Assembly (NCBI GenBank): GCA_040770465.1
Contig: JAXGJB010000007.1
Location: 629 to 64,628, forward strand
Origin: Methanothrix sp.
GTDB taxonomy: Archaea > Halobacteriota > Methanosarcinia > Methanotrichales > Methanotrichaceae
DNA length: 64,000 bases
Direction: 5' to 3'
Shown here: in pieces, positions 45,640-54,227 of the stretch
How positions within the stretch are numbered: position 1 is the stretch's first letter
Layout of the letters: the number at the start of each line of letters is the position of its first letter
The notes under the pieces: generated by a model
Told to the model about the DNA's origin: nothing
Database searches by the model: none
The model's input: only the letters and a program-made list of their open reading frames with translations
Translations under genes and position numbers: made by a program

Positions 45640-46560
45640 CATCTCCGTTTCAAGTCTCACCTTCTGATCGGAAGCTAATATATAATAATATTATATATAG
45701 TTATCAATATAGATTAAACCATCCATCTAAATAAAGGAAATTAAGTTAAAGTATAAAATTTGGAGTTTACTTTATGTAAAATCAAATACGATTTAATAGT
45801 GATGATATGTTATATATCAATATAAATGTATTAAAAATAAAATTTATATATAAGAAGCTAAAATTAAAATGCTGATACCAACAGTAATTTAAATATTGTT
45901 ACTGATTTTAAAGTTCTATAATTAATTGCGCTTAATTTTATAAACATAACTTGTGATGATAATAGTAAGGATTTGGAGGCCAAAACATATTCTATAAAAA
46001 TAGCCAAATTTTTGATGGGCCGGATTATCTATTCTTATAGTATATGTGCATCAGCTGTGTTGTGGGGGTTGGATATGCTTCAAGAGCACTTTTCAGCCCA
46101 ATAACCATCATGGTATGCGACGAGAGACTTAAATTCGTATAGACTATGGAACGGCCTTGTTTCCAAAATTGGGTCGAATCAAGTGGTAAGAAGTTTATAC
46201 TTAGAGCATATAAGAATGAATTTGAGCACAACGGCATATACAACTAATTTGATCTAGCTGACCGCTTTATAGGTTCCTATCTCAATTATAGCTCACTAAT
46301 TCCATTGAAAATAAGTAAAAATTAATAAATTCAATATTTTTTATATAACTATAACTTAGTAATTTAATAAATAAACTTTAAATAAGTCGTTTACTTAATT
46401 GTACATAGTTTAATTACATTATATAATAAATTTATGTTTATTTAGCATTAGATAAATAAGTTGAATACTATGTCGATAATAAATGATTATTATTGCAATA
46501 ATTAGAATAGTATATGTATTATCATTAGACGTTAATAGTTATAAGTTGCAGATAGAAAGT
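45640..46560. other. Extremely A+T-rich, ORF-free block in an otherwise G+C-rich chromosome
   Basis: About 0.9 kb dominated by A/T runs and TATA-like strings. Only one weak 72-aa ORF (46025-46243, -) falls in a slightly less A+T-rich core (46010-46300). Lies between divergent ClC paralog 2 and the DOMON-like gene. Confidence 0.9.
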
Positions 46561-46904
46561 GAGACTTAGATAATTCAAATTCTGGAACGGAGACTGTATC
46601 TCGACGTCGATTGGCCCCCCCCCATGTATTACCGATTCATGAACGCTTTTGCCGGGTTCGATTCTCGACCTCCAACCGGGACGGACAATCACTTGAAGGT
46701 CGTCAAGTCGGAGCCTGTGCCGCTGCGCCTCGAAGAGATAACAAATCTCCGAGATCTCGACCAAAATTAAGAGCCGGGATAGCATTCATCGGCAAGCCGA
46801 CGCGTACACCAAGAAGCCATGCCGATAGCGTCTCTGAGGGGCTCACCAACCTGAATTATGATATATTTCGACAAATTGATATCCCTTAAAAACTCAAGTG
46901 ATAA

Positions 46905-48059
46905 ATGGTGTTATTGATGAAGTCCTTCTACGCGACGCTGCTAATTGGATCTCTCCTCGTCCTATCAGGATGTGTCGAGCCTCCTGAGGAGCAAATCATC
47001 TCTGAGAAAGTTGCCTCAGAAGAATGGGTTGCCGATGGGGTCGTCGGTGAGAACGAGTACTCCAGATCGATGGTCCTGGTGGGGCCCGCAAAGTCGGGGT
47101 ATTCAGGAGGCGAGATGGAGATATCCTGGAGAAACGACCAGGAGAACCTCTACATGGCCTTGAAAGGCGAGACCTCTGGCTGGATGGCGATAGGTTTCGA
47201 CCCGTTGGAGTGGATGAAGGATGCTGACATGATCCTGGCAACGGTCGAGGATGGCAAGGCCGTCGTCCTCGACGAGTACTCCTCCGGCAACTACGGGCCC
47301 CACGAGGACGACACAACCCTCGGCGGCACCTACGACATCCTTGAGTCGGGCGGGTCTGAGATTGATGGTTACACCGTCGTCGAGTTCAAGAGAAAGCTCG
47401 ATACAGGCGACGAGTTCGACAAAGCCCTGGCGCTCGGCCAGCCCGTCTCGATCATCTGGGCCATGGCCGATTCAACGTCAAGATATCAAAAGCACAATGT
47501 CGCCTATGGCGAGGGAATCCTGACCCTCGCCCAGGATCAGACTTCAGGCGTCAAGGCAGCATCTCTCAGCCCGAGGGAGGAAGAGGGGGTCCTTTTCATT
47601 TGGGAAGAGGAGAAGGTGGCTCGCGACCTCTATACCGCCCTTTACCAGGAGACGAATCTCAGCGTATTCGTGGACCTGGCAGACTCCGAGCAGAACCACA
47701 TGGACCGGGCAAAGACCCTCATAGATGAGCACGGTCTTGAAGTTCCCGTCGGAGACGATCCGGGGGTTTTCAGCAATCAGACCCTAATCGGCCTGTACAA
47801 CGACCTTCTCGCCCAGGGCAGCATATCTCAGGAGGACGCCCTGAAGGTTGCGGCAACCTTCGAGGAGATCAGCATAATCGACCTCGAGAAGGAGCTGGAG
47901 GTTTCCGATAACGAAGATGTGAGGGCCGTCTATGAGGGGTTATTGGCGGGCTCCAGAAAGCATCTCCGTTCTTATGTGAGAGACCTGGATGATATGGATA
48001 TATCATACACGCCTCAGTACTTGAGCGAGAAGGAGTTTGATGAGGTCGTAAAAGCCTGA
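46905..48059 (+). CDS. Secreted lipoprotein with DOMON-like domain and C-terminal ferritin-like DUF2202-type domain
   Basis: 384 aa with lipobox LVLSGC. EMEISWRNDQENLYMALKGETSGWMAIGFDP..DADMI..EFKRKLDTGD is DOMON-like. The C-terminal EEEKVARDLYTALYQ..SEQNHM..EEISIIDLEKEL..GSRKHLRSY is DUF2202-like. Confidence 0.6.
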   Translation: MVLLMKSFYATLLIGSLLVLSGCVEPPEEQIISEKVASEEWVADGVVGENEYSRSMVLVGPAKSGYSGGEMEISWRNDQENLYMALKGETSGWMAIGFDPLEWMKDADMILATVEDGKAVVLDEYSSGNYGPHEDDTTLGGTYDILESGGSEIDGYTVVEFKRKLDTGDEFDKALALGQPVSIIWAMADSTSRYQKHNVAYGEGILTLAQDQTSGVKAASLSPREEEGVLFIWEEEKVARDLYTALYQETNLSVFVDLADSEQNHMDRAKTLIDEHGLEVPVGDDPGVFSNQTLIGLYNDLLAQGSISQEDALKVAATFEEISIIDLEKELEVSDNEDVRAVYEGLLAGSRKHLRSYVRDLDDMDISYTPQYLSEKEFDEVVKA

Positions 48060-48397
48060 TATCTTCAATTTTTACTTCATCCAATTTCCTTTTTTAATTC
48101 GCTTATCGTTACTCCAAAAAATGTCCCTCCACTTTAGGACATGCACCATCCTGAACTTGATTTAAACGCAACTATTCAGGCTTTTAAGGGCTGGATTAGA
48201 ATCTGAAAGGATCTGAGCGATCTCGCTAGATGGATCGGTTTTGTTCAGGAAAAAGCTGCAGTATATGAATGACTCAGAGAATATTTGATACCAAATTACG
48301 AGAAGATAAGCGGAGATATGGCAGATTACTCTCGCAACCTATATATATTGACTGAAAGAGAAATAGAGGCACATTTGTTCTGGAGGTGAGGTTAAAA

Positions 48398-48685
48398 ATG
48401 GCAGACGAAGCGTACAAGAGAGCGTTTAGAACCGCCATGCAGGCACGCATGAAGAAGCTGTTCATGACACACCTCGTGATCTACCTGGTGGTCAACATCG
48501 TGTGGCTTGCTATCAACTACATGATGGTGATACCAGATATAAAAGCCGCTGGTGCAACTCTGCCCTTCTGGCAGCCATGGTTTTCGCCCATAGGCTGGGG
48601 CATATGCATAGTCATCCATTACATGACTTACGTCAGCGGCGGAGAGAGGATGATCATGGAGGTCGAGGCGGAGGCAGAGCATTAG
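48398..48685 (+). CDS. 2TM-domain small membrane protein
   Basis: GGAGGTGA RBS at 48382-48389 and ATG at 48398. Amphipathic N-terminus followed by two TM helices (LVIYLVVNIVWLAINYMM; GWGICIVIHYMTYV). Confidence 0.55.
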   Translation: MADEAYKRAFRTAMQARMKKLFMTHLVIYLVVNIVWLAINYMMVIPDIKAAGATLPFWQPWFSPIGWGICIVIHYMTYVSGGERMIMEVEAEAEH

Positions 48686-48900
48686 TAGGTTCTGCATCTC
48701 TTGATTTATCGCGCAGCTAAATGTGGCGAGGGGGGCCGTTGCCGGGAAGCAGCGGCTCATATTCGCCCATCTACTCTTTTTATCAGCATGCGTCCCGAAT
48801 TTCATGCGAGGCTATCCTGCACGACCTATCGATTTTCATGATCGCATCGCCATGAGGAAGAAGAAGGGGTGGTTGACAAGCACAAGCTCCTCGGAATTTC

Positions 48901-49185
48901 GTGAGCTTCCGTCGCCGTCTCTGGAATGCTTATGGCCGTCTATATGATCTCGGCCGCCTCCCAGGAGCACTTAAAGAGGAGCTCTTCAAGGTACCTCATG
49001 CCCACTTAGGCGCTTTGGTGATCCTTATGCTTGTTCTCACTCCAGCTTCAGGTATTCTCCAGCTCAGAGCGGCGAGGGAGAAAAAGGCGAAGATCAGAAG
49101 GGTTCACAGAACCTTCGGCAGGACCGCCCTTCTGCTGATGGCCCTGAACATGCTGTTTTTGATGCTAATCGCAAGCTTGGCCTGA
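48901..49185 (+). CDS. Hypothetical small membrane protein
   Basis: 94 aa, GTG start, two hydrophobic segments. No homology recognised. Weak call. Confidence 0.3.
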   Translation: MSFRRRLWNAYGRLYDLGRLPGALKEELFKVPHAHLGALVILMLVLTPASGILQLRAAREKKAKIRRVHRTFGRTALLLMALNMLFLMLIASLA

Positions 49186-49207
49186 TGAAAAAAGGGGTGT
49201 GGAGGTG

Positions 49208-49594
49208 TCACTCCACCTTTATATCTTGTTTTGCTGACCAGAGTCCGTGGACGTTGCAGTACTCCATGGCCATGATCGATCCGGACTTGGAAAGCCTCAC
49301 CTTCAGCTTCGCCTCGGGCTCTGAGCTGACGGGGGCGAATTCAACCCTCGCCAGCATTATGGGGTTGAAGGCCCTTCCATCCTCCCGGAAGTACACCTCG
49401 ATCCACCTGATGGAGTGCTCCACTTTATTTGGATGGTTTTGTACCGAGACCTTCACCTCGAAGGGCTCATCTGCTCCTACGGCCTTCGGCGCCTCAATCC
49501 TGGGGGTGTGGCCCTCCCGTTTTCCCAGAGCCTCGCCAGCCGCCGCATCGAAGGTGTTTATAATCTCGCCCAGATTTTTCGTATCTTCGGCCAT
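49208..49594 (-). CDS. Superoxide reductase (neelaredoxin/desulfoferrodoxin ferrous-iron-binding domain)
   Basis: 128 aa. Iron ligand contexts are EGHTPRIE, HPNKVEHSIRWIEVY and CNVHGLW. Confidence 0.85.
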   Translation of the reverse strand: MAEDTKNLGEIINTFDAAAGEALGKREGHTPRIEAPKAVGADEPFEVKVSVQNHPNKVEHSIRWIEVYFREDGRAFNPIMLARVEFAPVSSEPEAKLKVRLSKSGSIMAMEYCNVHGLWSAKQDIKVE

Positions 49595-49708
49595 TCATAT
49601 CACCTGGTTCCATAGAGGGCTTCTGACATTAAAATGTTTTTGGTGAAACAATTTTGAAAAACCGATCGCCATCCAGCAGACCGACTCAACAAAGCTCAGC
49701 CTCGCAGA

Positions 49709-50188
49709 TCACGGGTTCAGCCTCCAGATCTCAAAGTTCAGAGCCGCCGCAAAGCTCACCCAGATTATGTAAGGGAGAAGAAGAGCCGCCGCCGTCTCGG
49801 AAACCCCCTTGAACTTCTGGATATTCAGGGCTATCAGAGCCCAGAGGAGGGCGATGACCGCAAGTCCCGCCAGGGGGGACCGGAGGCCGAAGAAGGCCGC
49901 CGACCACGTAACGTTGACAGCGAGCTGGAACGCGAATACCATCAGGCCGACCTTGACCCTGGGATCGTTCGTCCCCTCTCGCCAGACGAGGTAGGCCGAG
50001 ATCCCCATCAGGGTGAAGATGGCGGTCCAGACCGGGGCGAAGACCCAGTCGGGTGGGGCGAAGGATGGCCTGGCCAGCGTGGCGTACCAGGTGGGGACGT
50101 TCGGTGTTGTGAACATCGAGCCGATGAAGGCCGCCAGATAGCAGCAGCCCAGGGATGCTGCCAGCTTGAAAAGGTCGATTCGTCTCAT
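49709..50188 (-). CDS. tspO: TspO/MBR tryptophan-rich sensory protein
   Basis: WYATLARPSFAPPDWVFAPVWTAIFTLMGISAYLVW is canonical. The ATG at 50188 (MRRIDLFKLAA) is preferred; the longer ORF to 50323 would translate a 13-bp tandem repeat. Confidence 0.85.
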   Translation of the reverse strand: MRRIDLFKLAASLGCCYLAAFIGSMFTTPNVPTWYATLARPSFAPPDWVFAPVWTAIFTLMGISAYLVWREGTNDPRVKVGLMVFAFQLAVNVTWSAAFFGLRSPLAGLAVIALLWALIALNIQKFKGVSETAAALLLPYIIWVSFAAALNFEIWRLNP

Positions 50189-50228
50189 GTTATCCCATCC
50201 ATATCCATCAGCTTCGTCGTTGAGACCT

Positions 50229-50293
50229 GCAGATACGATCGGCAGATACGATCGGCAGATACGATCGGCAGATACGATCGGCAGATACGATCG
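50229..50293. repeat. 13-bp tandem repeat x5 (gcagatacgatcg) in the tspO/MFS divergent intergenic region
   Basis: Five perfect head-to-tail units from 50229 to 50293, 40 nt upstream of the tspO ATG and just upstream of the MFS gene. Confidence 0.97.
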
Positions 50294-50323
50294 TTGATGC
50301 TGCGTCGATGCTATTTTTACCAT

Positions 50324-51574
50324 ATGTTTAAACTTGGAATATATAAAAGAGCTTCGGACCGAAAACCTTGTTGCCTCCTACCAGCCTACAGAGTACCCTT
50401 GACCGAACCACCCCAGGGCAACGACGGAAAGAGGAACATATACCTCCTCGGCCTTGTGAGCCTCTTAAACGACGCCAGCAGCGAGATCATCCAGCCAATT
50501 CTGCCGCTTTTCTTAGCGTCTTTGGGCGCTGGCGGGCTTGCCGTCGGTCTGATCGGCGGGCTTGCCGACGGCCTTCCAAGCCTCCTCAAGCTTCTATCGG
50601 GATATTGGTCGGACAGGCTCAGAAGAAGAAAGCCCCTCGTCGCTGCTGGATACGCCATCTCTGCCGTCGGAAAGCTCCTTTTGACTATGGCTTTTTCCTG
50701 GCAGCACGTCTTCATCCTCAAGACGATTGAGCGGTCGGGGAAGGGGGTGAGGTCGGCGCCTCGGGATGCCATCATCGCCGAGTCGGCGCCCCGTGAGGGG
50801 CGGGGGAGGGGCTTTGGCGTCCATCGGGCCCTCGACTCTCTGGGCGCCGTCGTCGGGTCGCTTTTGGCCTACCTCCTCTGGCAGGGCGGGATGGACTATA
50901 GAACGATCTTTCTCGTGGCTGGGTCCGTCGCCTTCGTAGCCCTCATCCCCCTCATCCCCGTCAAGGAGGTGAGCAGGTCCCCGGTCGGCCCTCTACGGCC
51001 GGCCCTCTCCAACATCCCGCCCGGCCTCGGCCCCTTCGTCGCCATCGCCTCCCTCTTCGCCCTGGGAAATACAAGCTACATGTTCTTCATCCTGAGGGCC
51101 CAGGAGTTCTTCTCCGGGAGTATGGCCGTCGGCGCTCCCCTCCTCCTCTACGTCCTCTTCAACCTGGTCTACGCCATCTTCTCGATCCCCTGCGGGTCCT
51201 GGTCGGACCGGGTCGGAAGAAAGAGGGTTCTCACCATCGGCTACCTGCTATTCGCCCTCGTCTCCGTCGGCTTTGCTCTCGTAGCTTCAGCTCCGGGGCT
51301 GGTCCTGCTGTTCGCATTGTACGGCCTCGTCTTCGCCATAGTCGACGGCGCCGAGCGGGCCTTCGTCTCGGATCTCTGCCACCAAGATGTCAGGGGGACG
51401 GGCCTTGGGGTCTACTACGGCGCCGTCGGAGTCTCGGCCATCGCCTCGGGGCTTGTGGCAGGAGCCCTCTGGCAGGGGTTCGGGCACGAGGCGACCTTCC
51501 TCTTCGGGGCGGCGGCAGCCTTTTCGGCAACGATCCTCCTCGCCGAGATGAGAGCCCCAAAAGAGATCTCCTGA
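50324..51574 (+). CDS. MFS transporter
   Basis: Twelve-TM-type profile with NIYLLGLVSLLNDASSEIIQPILPLFL and GYWSDRLRRRKP loop motifs. The start is uncertain: ATG at 50324, or TTG at 50399 downstream of an ATATAAAA box at 50341-50348. Confidence 0.8.
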   Translation: MFKLGIYKRASDRKPCCLLPAYRVPLTEPPQGNDGKRNIYLLGLVSLLNDASSEIIQPILPLFLASLGAGGLAVGLIGGLADGLPSLLKLLSGYWSDRLRRRKPLVAAGYAISAVGKLLLTMAFSWQHVFILKTIERSGKGVRSAPRDAIIAESAPREGRGRGFGVHRALDSLGAVVGSLLAYLLWQGGMDYRTIFLVAGSVAFVALIPLIPVKEVSRSPVGPLRPALSNIPPGLGPFVAIASLFALGNTSYMFFILRAQEFFSGSMAVGAPLLLYVLFNLVYAIFSIPCGSWSDRVGRKRVLTIGYLLFALVSVGFALVASAPGLVLLFALYGLVFAIVDGAERAFVSDLCHQDVRGTGLGVYYGAVGVSAIASGLVAGALWQGFGHEATFLFGAAAAFSATILLAEMRAPKEIS

Positions 51575-51656
51575 CCCTCATAAATGATCAGCTTAAAAGC
51601 GGATGAAATGATTGCAATGATGGCCTGAACAATAGATCTGGACGGAGGAAACCTGA

Positions 51657-53213
51657 TCACTTGCCGAGGATCTTCCGGAGAAAGCCGCCGCCCGTCTCCC
51701 TCTTCTCGATCTTCGATCCCGAATCCCCACCCGCCTCCGCACCTCTCGGCCGGGGGGTCACGGGTTTTGCTCCTCTCTCGGACCCTGCAGCGGCCTTCGC
51801 CTTGCCTCCTCCTACGATCGGCGTGCTCACCCCACCGTGCCTGCTCTTCCTCGGCCTGATCTTGACGGTGACGGGGTGCTCGATCTCGCTGCTCACCAGC
51901 ATCGCCGTCCCCGGCGGGAGCCTCTTTATCTCCTCCTCAAGCTCGGAGCTCATCCCCTCGATCCCCTTGCTCAGGGCCCGGAGGTCGTTGGGGTTTGTGA
52001 CCCGGAGGATGATCTGGGTGTTGCACTGGGAGATGACGTTTTTGTCGACCCTCGCCGGCCTCTGGCTGATGACCAGAAGGCCGAGGCCGAACTTTCGCCC
52101 TTCGGCAGCGATCGTCCGGATGACGGTGGTGCTTGCGGCCTTGCCGCTCCCCCTCTCGGGGATGTAGTTATGGGCCTCCTCGACGACGACCATGCCGGGG
52201 TTTACAAGCCCCCTCTTCCTCGCTTCGAAGAGATCCGAGAGGAGCTTGGCGACGATCATCCCCTGGAGGTCGGGGGGAACGCCGGTCATGTCGATGACCG
52301 AGGCCTTCCCCCTCTGGAGGAGGGCTCCGAGGTCGGTGGCCTTTCCCGAGAATATCCCCAGCTCCTCCAGGGCCTCGAGATGGCCGACGAGCCCCCACTT
52401 GGCCTTGCTCGTGTCCTTCTCGGCCTGGGAGATGACGTCCTCGAGCTCGTAATTGCCGCCGTCGGAAGCGAGGATCTTTATCGCCTCGTAGAGGACACCT
52501 CTCTGGCTGTTGGTCACGTCCTCGGGGAGCATAGCCGAGATCTCCCGGGCGGTCAGGTTCTTGCCGTTGAAGCGGAAGAACCGGTCGGCGGTGGGGGCTG
52601 CCATCTGGCTTGCGGGAGAGTAGACCGTCACGTCGTACCCCCTCGGCTTTACGTCGAACTTGACGAAGTCCCCTTTGGCGTTCTTCTGCTTCATCGAGGC
52701 GTACTCGCCATGGGGATCGATTATCAGAAGGGCGACCCCCTTCTCCAGGAGTTCCTCAAGAACCACCGCCGCGGTGTACGATTTTCCGCTCCCTGTCTTG
52801 GCGAGGATGCTGCAGTGCTTCTGGACGAAGGAGTCGGCGTCAAGCCTCACCTTCAGGTCGTGCCCGTCGAGGAGGCCGATGTAGAGGTTCCCCTTCGAGA
52901 GGCCGAGAGCCCTCTCCATCAGATCGGCGTCGGCCCTCAGGACCGGATCTCCGGGCTTTGGTGGTATGGTGGGCATGGCGAGCTTTCCGCCTGAGGCGAC
53001 ACCGATCACCCGGGCGAAGCCCACCAACCGCTCTTTGGCCTCGCGGTTCTCCTCGTCGATGGAGTTTAGGCTGTAGGCGACGTTGGACCTTGTGACCTCC
53101 ACCACCTGGGCGAAGATCCAGTCTTTTGAGCCGTCTTTGACCTTGACGTAGCTGCCCCTGCTCGCCTCGTCAGCCATCAAAAACTTGAACTCCAGGGGGC
53201 TTGTCTCCCCCAC
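51657..53213 (-). CDS. HerA-like (DUF87) hexameric ATPase/translocase
   Basis: 518 aa with Walker A AKTGSGKSYT, Walker B VVVEEAHNY and a HAS-barrel-like N-terminus. Gly/Lys/Arg-rich C-terminal tail. The open frame upstream of the GTG (GDEIGII) may add a few residues. Confidence 0.8.
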   Translation of the reverse strand: MGETSPLEFKFLMADEASRGSYVKVKDGSKDWIFAQVVEVTRSNVAYSLNSIDEENREAKERLVGFARVIGVASGGKLAMPTIPPKPGDPVLRADADLMERALGLSKGNLYIGLLDGHDLKVRLDADSFVQKHCSILAKTGSGKSYTAAVVLEELLEKGVALLIIDPHGEYASMKQKNAKGDFVKFDVKPRGYDVTVYSPASQMAAPTADRFFRFNGKNLTAREISAMLPEDVTNSQRGVLYEAIKILASDGGNYELEDVISQAEKDTSKAKWGLVGHLEALEELGIFSGKATDLGALLQRGKASVIDMTGVPPDLQGMIVAKLLSDLFEARKRGLVNPGMVVVEEAHNYIPERGSGKAASTTVIRTIAAEGRKFGLGLLVISQRPARVDKNVISQCNTQIILRVTNPNDLRALSKGIEGMSSELEEEIKRLPPGTAMLVSSEIEHPVTVKIRPRKSRHGGVSTPIVGGGKAKAAAGSERGAKPVTPRPRGAEAGGDSGSKIEKRETGGGFLRKILGK

Positions 53214-53348
53214 GATGATCCCGATCTCGTCTCCCAGATTACCACCACATTCTCAAGAGGAAAAGCCTCACAAATCACTACCTCACAACCGCCGCCTCAC
53301 TAACCGCCGGGCCGATGAAGTTCAGCTTTTCGCCCACCCCACAAGAGC

Positions 53349-54068
53349 TTAACGGTACCTGTAGCGATATCGGTCTTTCAGCATCCCGCCGTAGACAAGC
53401 CCAGCGAGAAGGCCCGCTATGTGGGCCATGTGACCTATGCCGTCAGCAGATCCCATCATGGCGAAGTCGATGACCGCAAAGAGGACCACCGCCGTCCTGA
53501 TGCTCAATGGTATAACGAAGTATATCAATACCGTAATCTCCGGGGCGATGACGGCGAGGCAGCCCATCACCCCGTAAAGAGCGCCGCTCGCCCCCACCAT
53601 GTATCCGGTAGGAACCGCCAACATCTGGCCGATGGCTCCGACAAGCCCCGAGATTATGAATATCTGAAGAAACCTCGACTCGCCGACCCTCCGCTCCAGC
53701 TCCGTCCCGAAGAAGAACAGGACGATCATGTTGACCAGAAGGTGAGTGATATCTCCGTGAACGAACATGTGGGTGATGAGGGTCCAGGGTCTGGCTGCAA
53801 CGAAGGCCGGGTTTAAGGCCAGGTAGTTGAAGGTGAAGGCAGGGGCCAAAACCCTCACGAAGAAGAATAGAACGCATATGACCAGGATCATCCCCGAGTA
53901 GGTCAGAGGGAGCCTGAGTCCCCCCGATGGGGAGTATCGGTCCTCGTCCCAGGGGTCGGGGTCGTTCCAGCGATCGTCACGGCCGCCGCTGCTCTGCCAT
54001 CCGGCCTGAAGCAAGAGCCTTCTGGCCAGGATCGATCCACCCTCCCCGAAGATACCCTTCACCCCCAT
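53349..54068 (-). CDS. Rhomboid-family intramembrane serine protease
   Basis: 239 aa with HMFVHGDITHLLVNM, catalytic GASGALYG and HIAGLLAG motifs. Confidence 0.85.
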   Translation of the reverse strand: MGVKGIFGEGGSILARRLLLQAGWQSSGGRDDRWNDPDPWDEDRYSPSGGLRLPLTYSGMILVICVLFFFVRVLAPAFTFNYLALNPAFVAARPWTLITHMFVHGDITHLLVNMIVLFFFGTELERRVGESRFLQIFIISGLVGAIGQMLAVPTGYMVGASGALYGVMGCLAVIAPEITVLIYFVIPLSIRTAVVLFAVIDFAMMGSADGIGHMAHIAGLLAGLVYGGMLKDRYRYRYR

Positions 54069-54126
54069 CTTTCACCACCAGAGCTTCTGCCTTATCAGGC
54101 TATCATCTCGAAGAGGAGATACAAAT

Positions 54127-54196
54127 AGATGGTGGCAAGGAGGTGGCGGAAAGGAGATGGTGGCAGGAAAACGGTGAAAAAGAGACGGTGGAACGC
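54127..54196. repeat. Degenerate 14-bp tandem repeat x5 (consensus agaNggtggcaagg)
   Basis: The five units are agatggtggcaagg / aggtggcggaaagg / agatggtggcagga / aaacggtgaaaaag / agacggtggaacgc. They lie between the NYN gene stop and the rhomboid start. Confidence 0.8.
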
Positions 54197-54227
54197 TGGA
54201 TCGAATGAAAGCAGATGATGGACCGGA

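Noticed and set aside
45601-45680. Possible C/D-box sRNA (AUGAUGA-like box on the minus strand, CUGA on the plus strand)
   Set aside because: The box-like strings are on opposite strands and no proper C/D' /C'/D arrangement with correct spacing could be assembled.
45640-46560. Replication origin (oriC) assignment for the A+T-rich block
   Set aside because: I could not find repeated ORB/mini-ORB-like boxes by eye, and no orc1/cdc6 gene is adjacent. It is kept only as a hypothesis to test, not a call.
46640-46690. tRNA-like T-loop string (gggttcgattc) suggesting a tRNA gene or att-site fragment
   Set aside because: The flanking bases do not pair into a T-stem. No acceptor, D or anticodon arms can be drawn. 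At most it is a chance match or a very decayed fragment.
49185-49646. 153-aa plus-strand ORF
   Set aside because: It is fully antisense to the superoxide reductase gene, which has unambiguous iron-ligand motifs. The ORF has no features of its own.
51837-52994. 385-aa plus-strand ORF antisense to the HerA-like gene
   Set aside because: It is an antisense shadow ORF with low-complexity Gly/Leu/Pro/Asp-rich sequence and no motifs. The HerA frame has clear Walker motifs. The same reasoning applies to 56188-57219 (+), 55613-56404 (+), 35169-36059 (-), 26301-27128 (-), 39800-40507 (+), 44218-45201 (-), 16828-17526 (+), 16943-17551 (-) and 5579-6361 (-).
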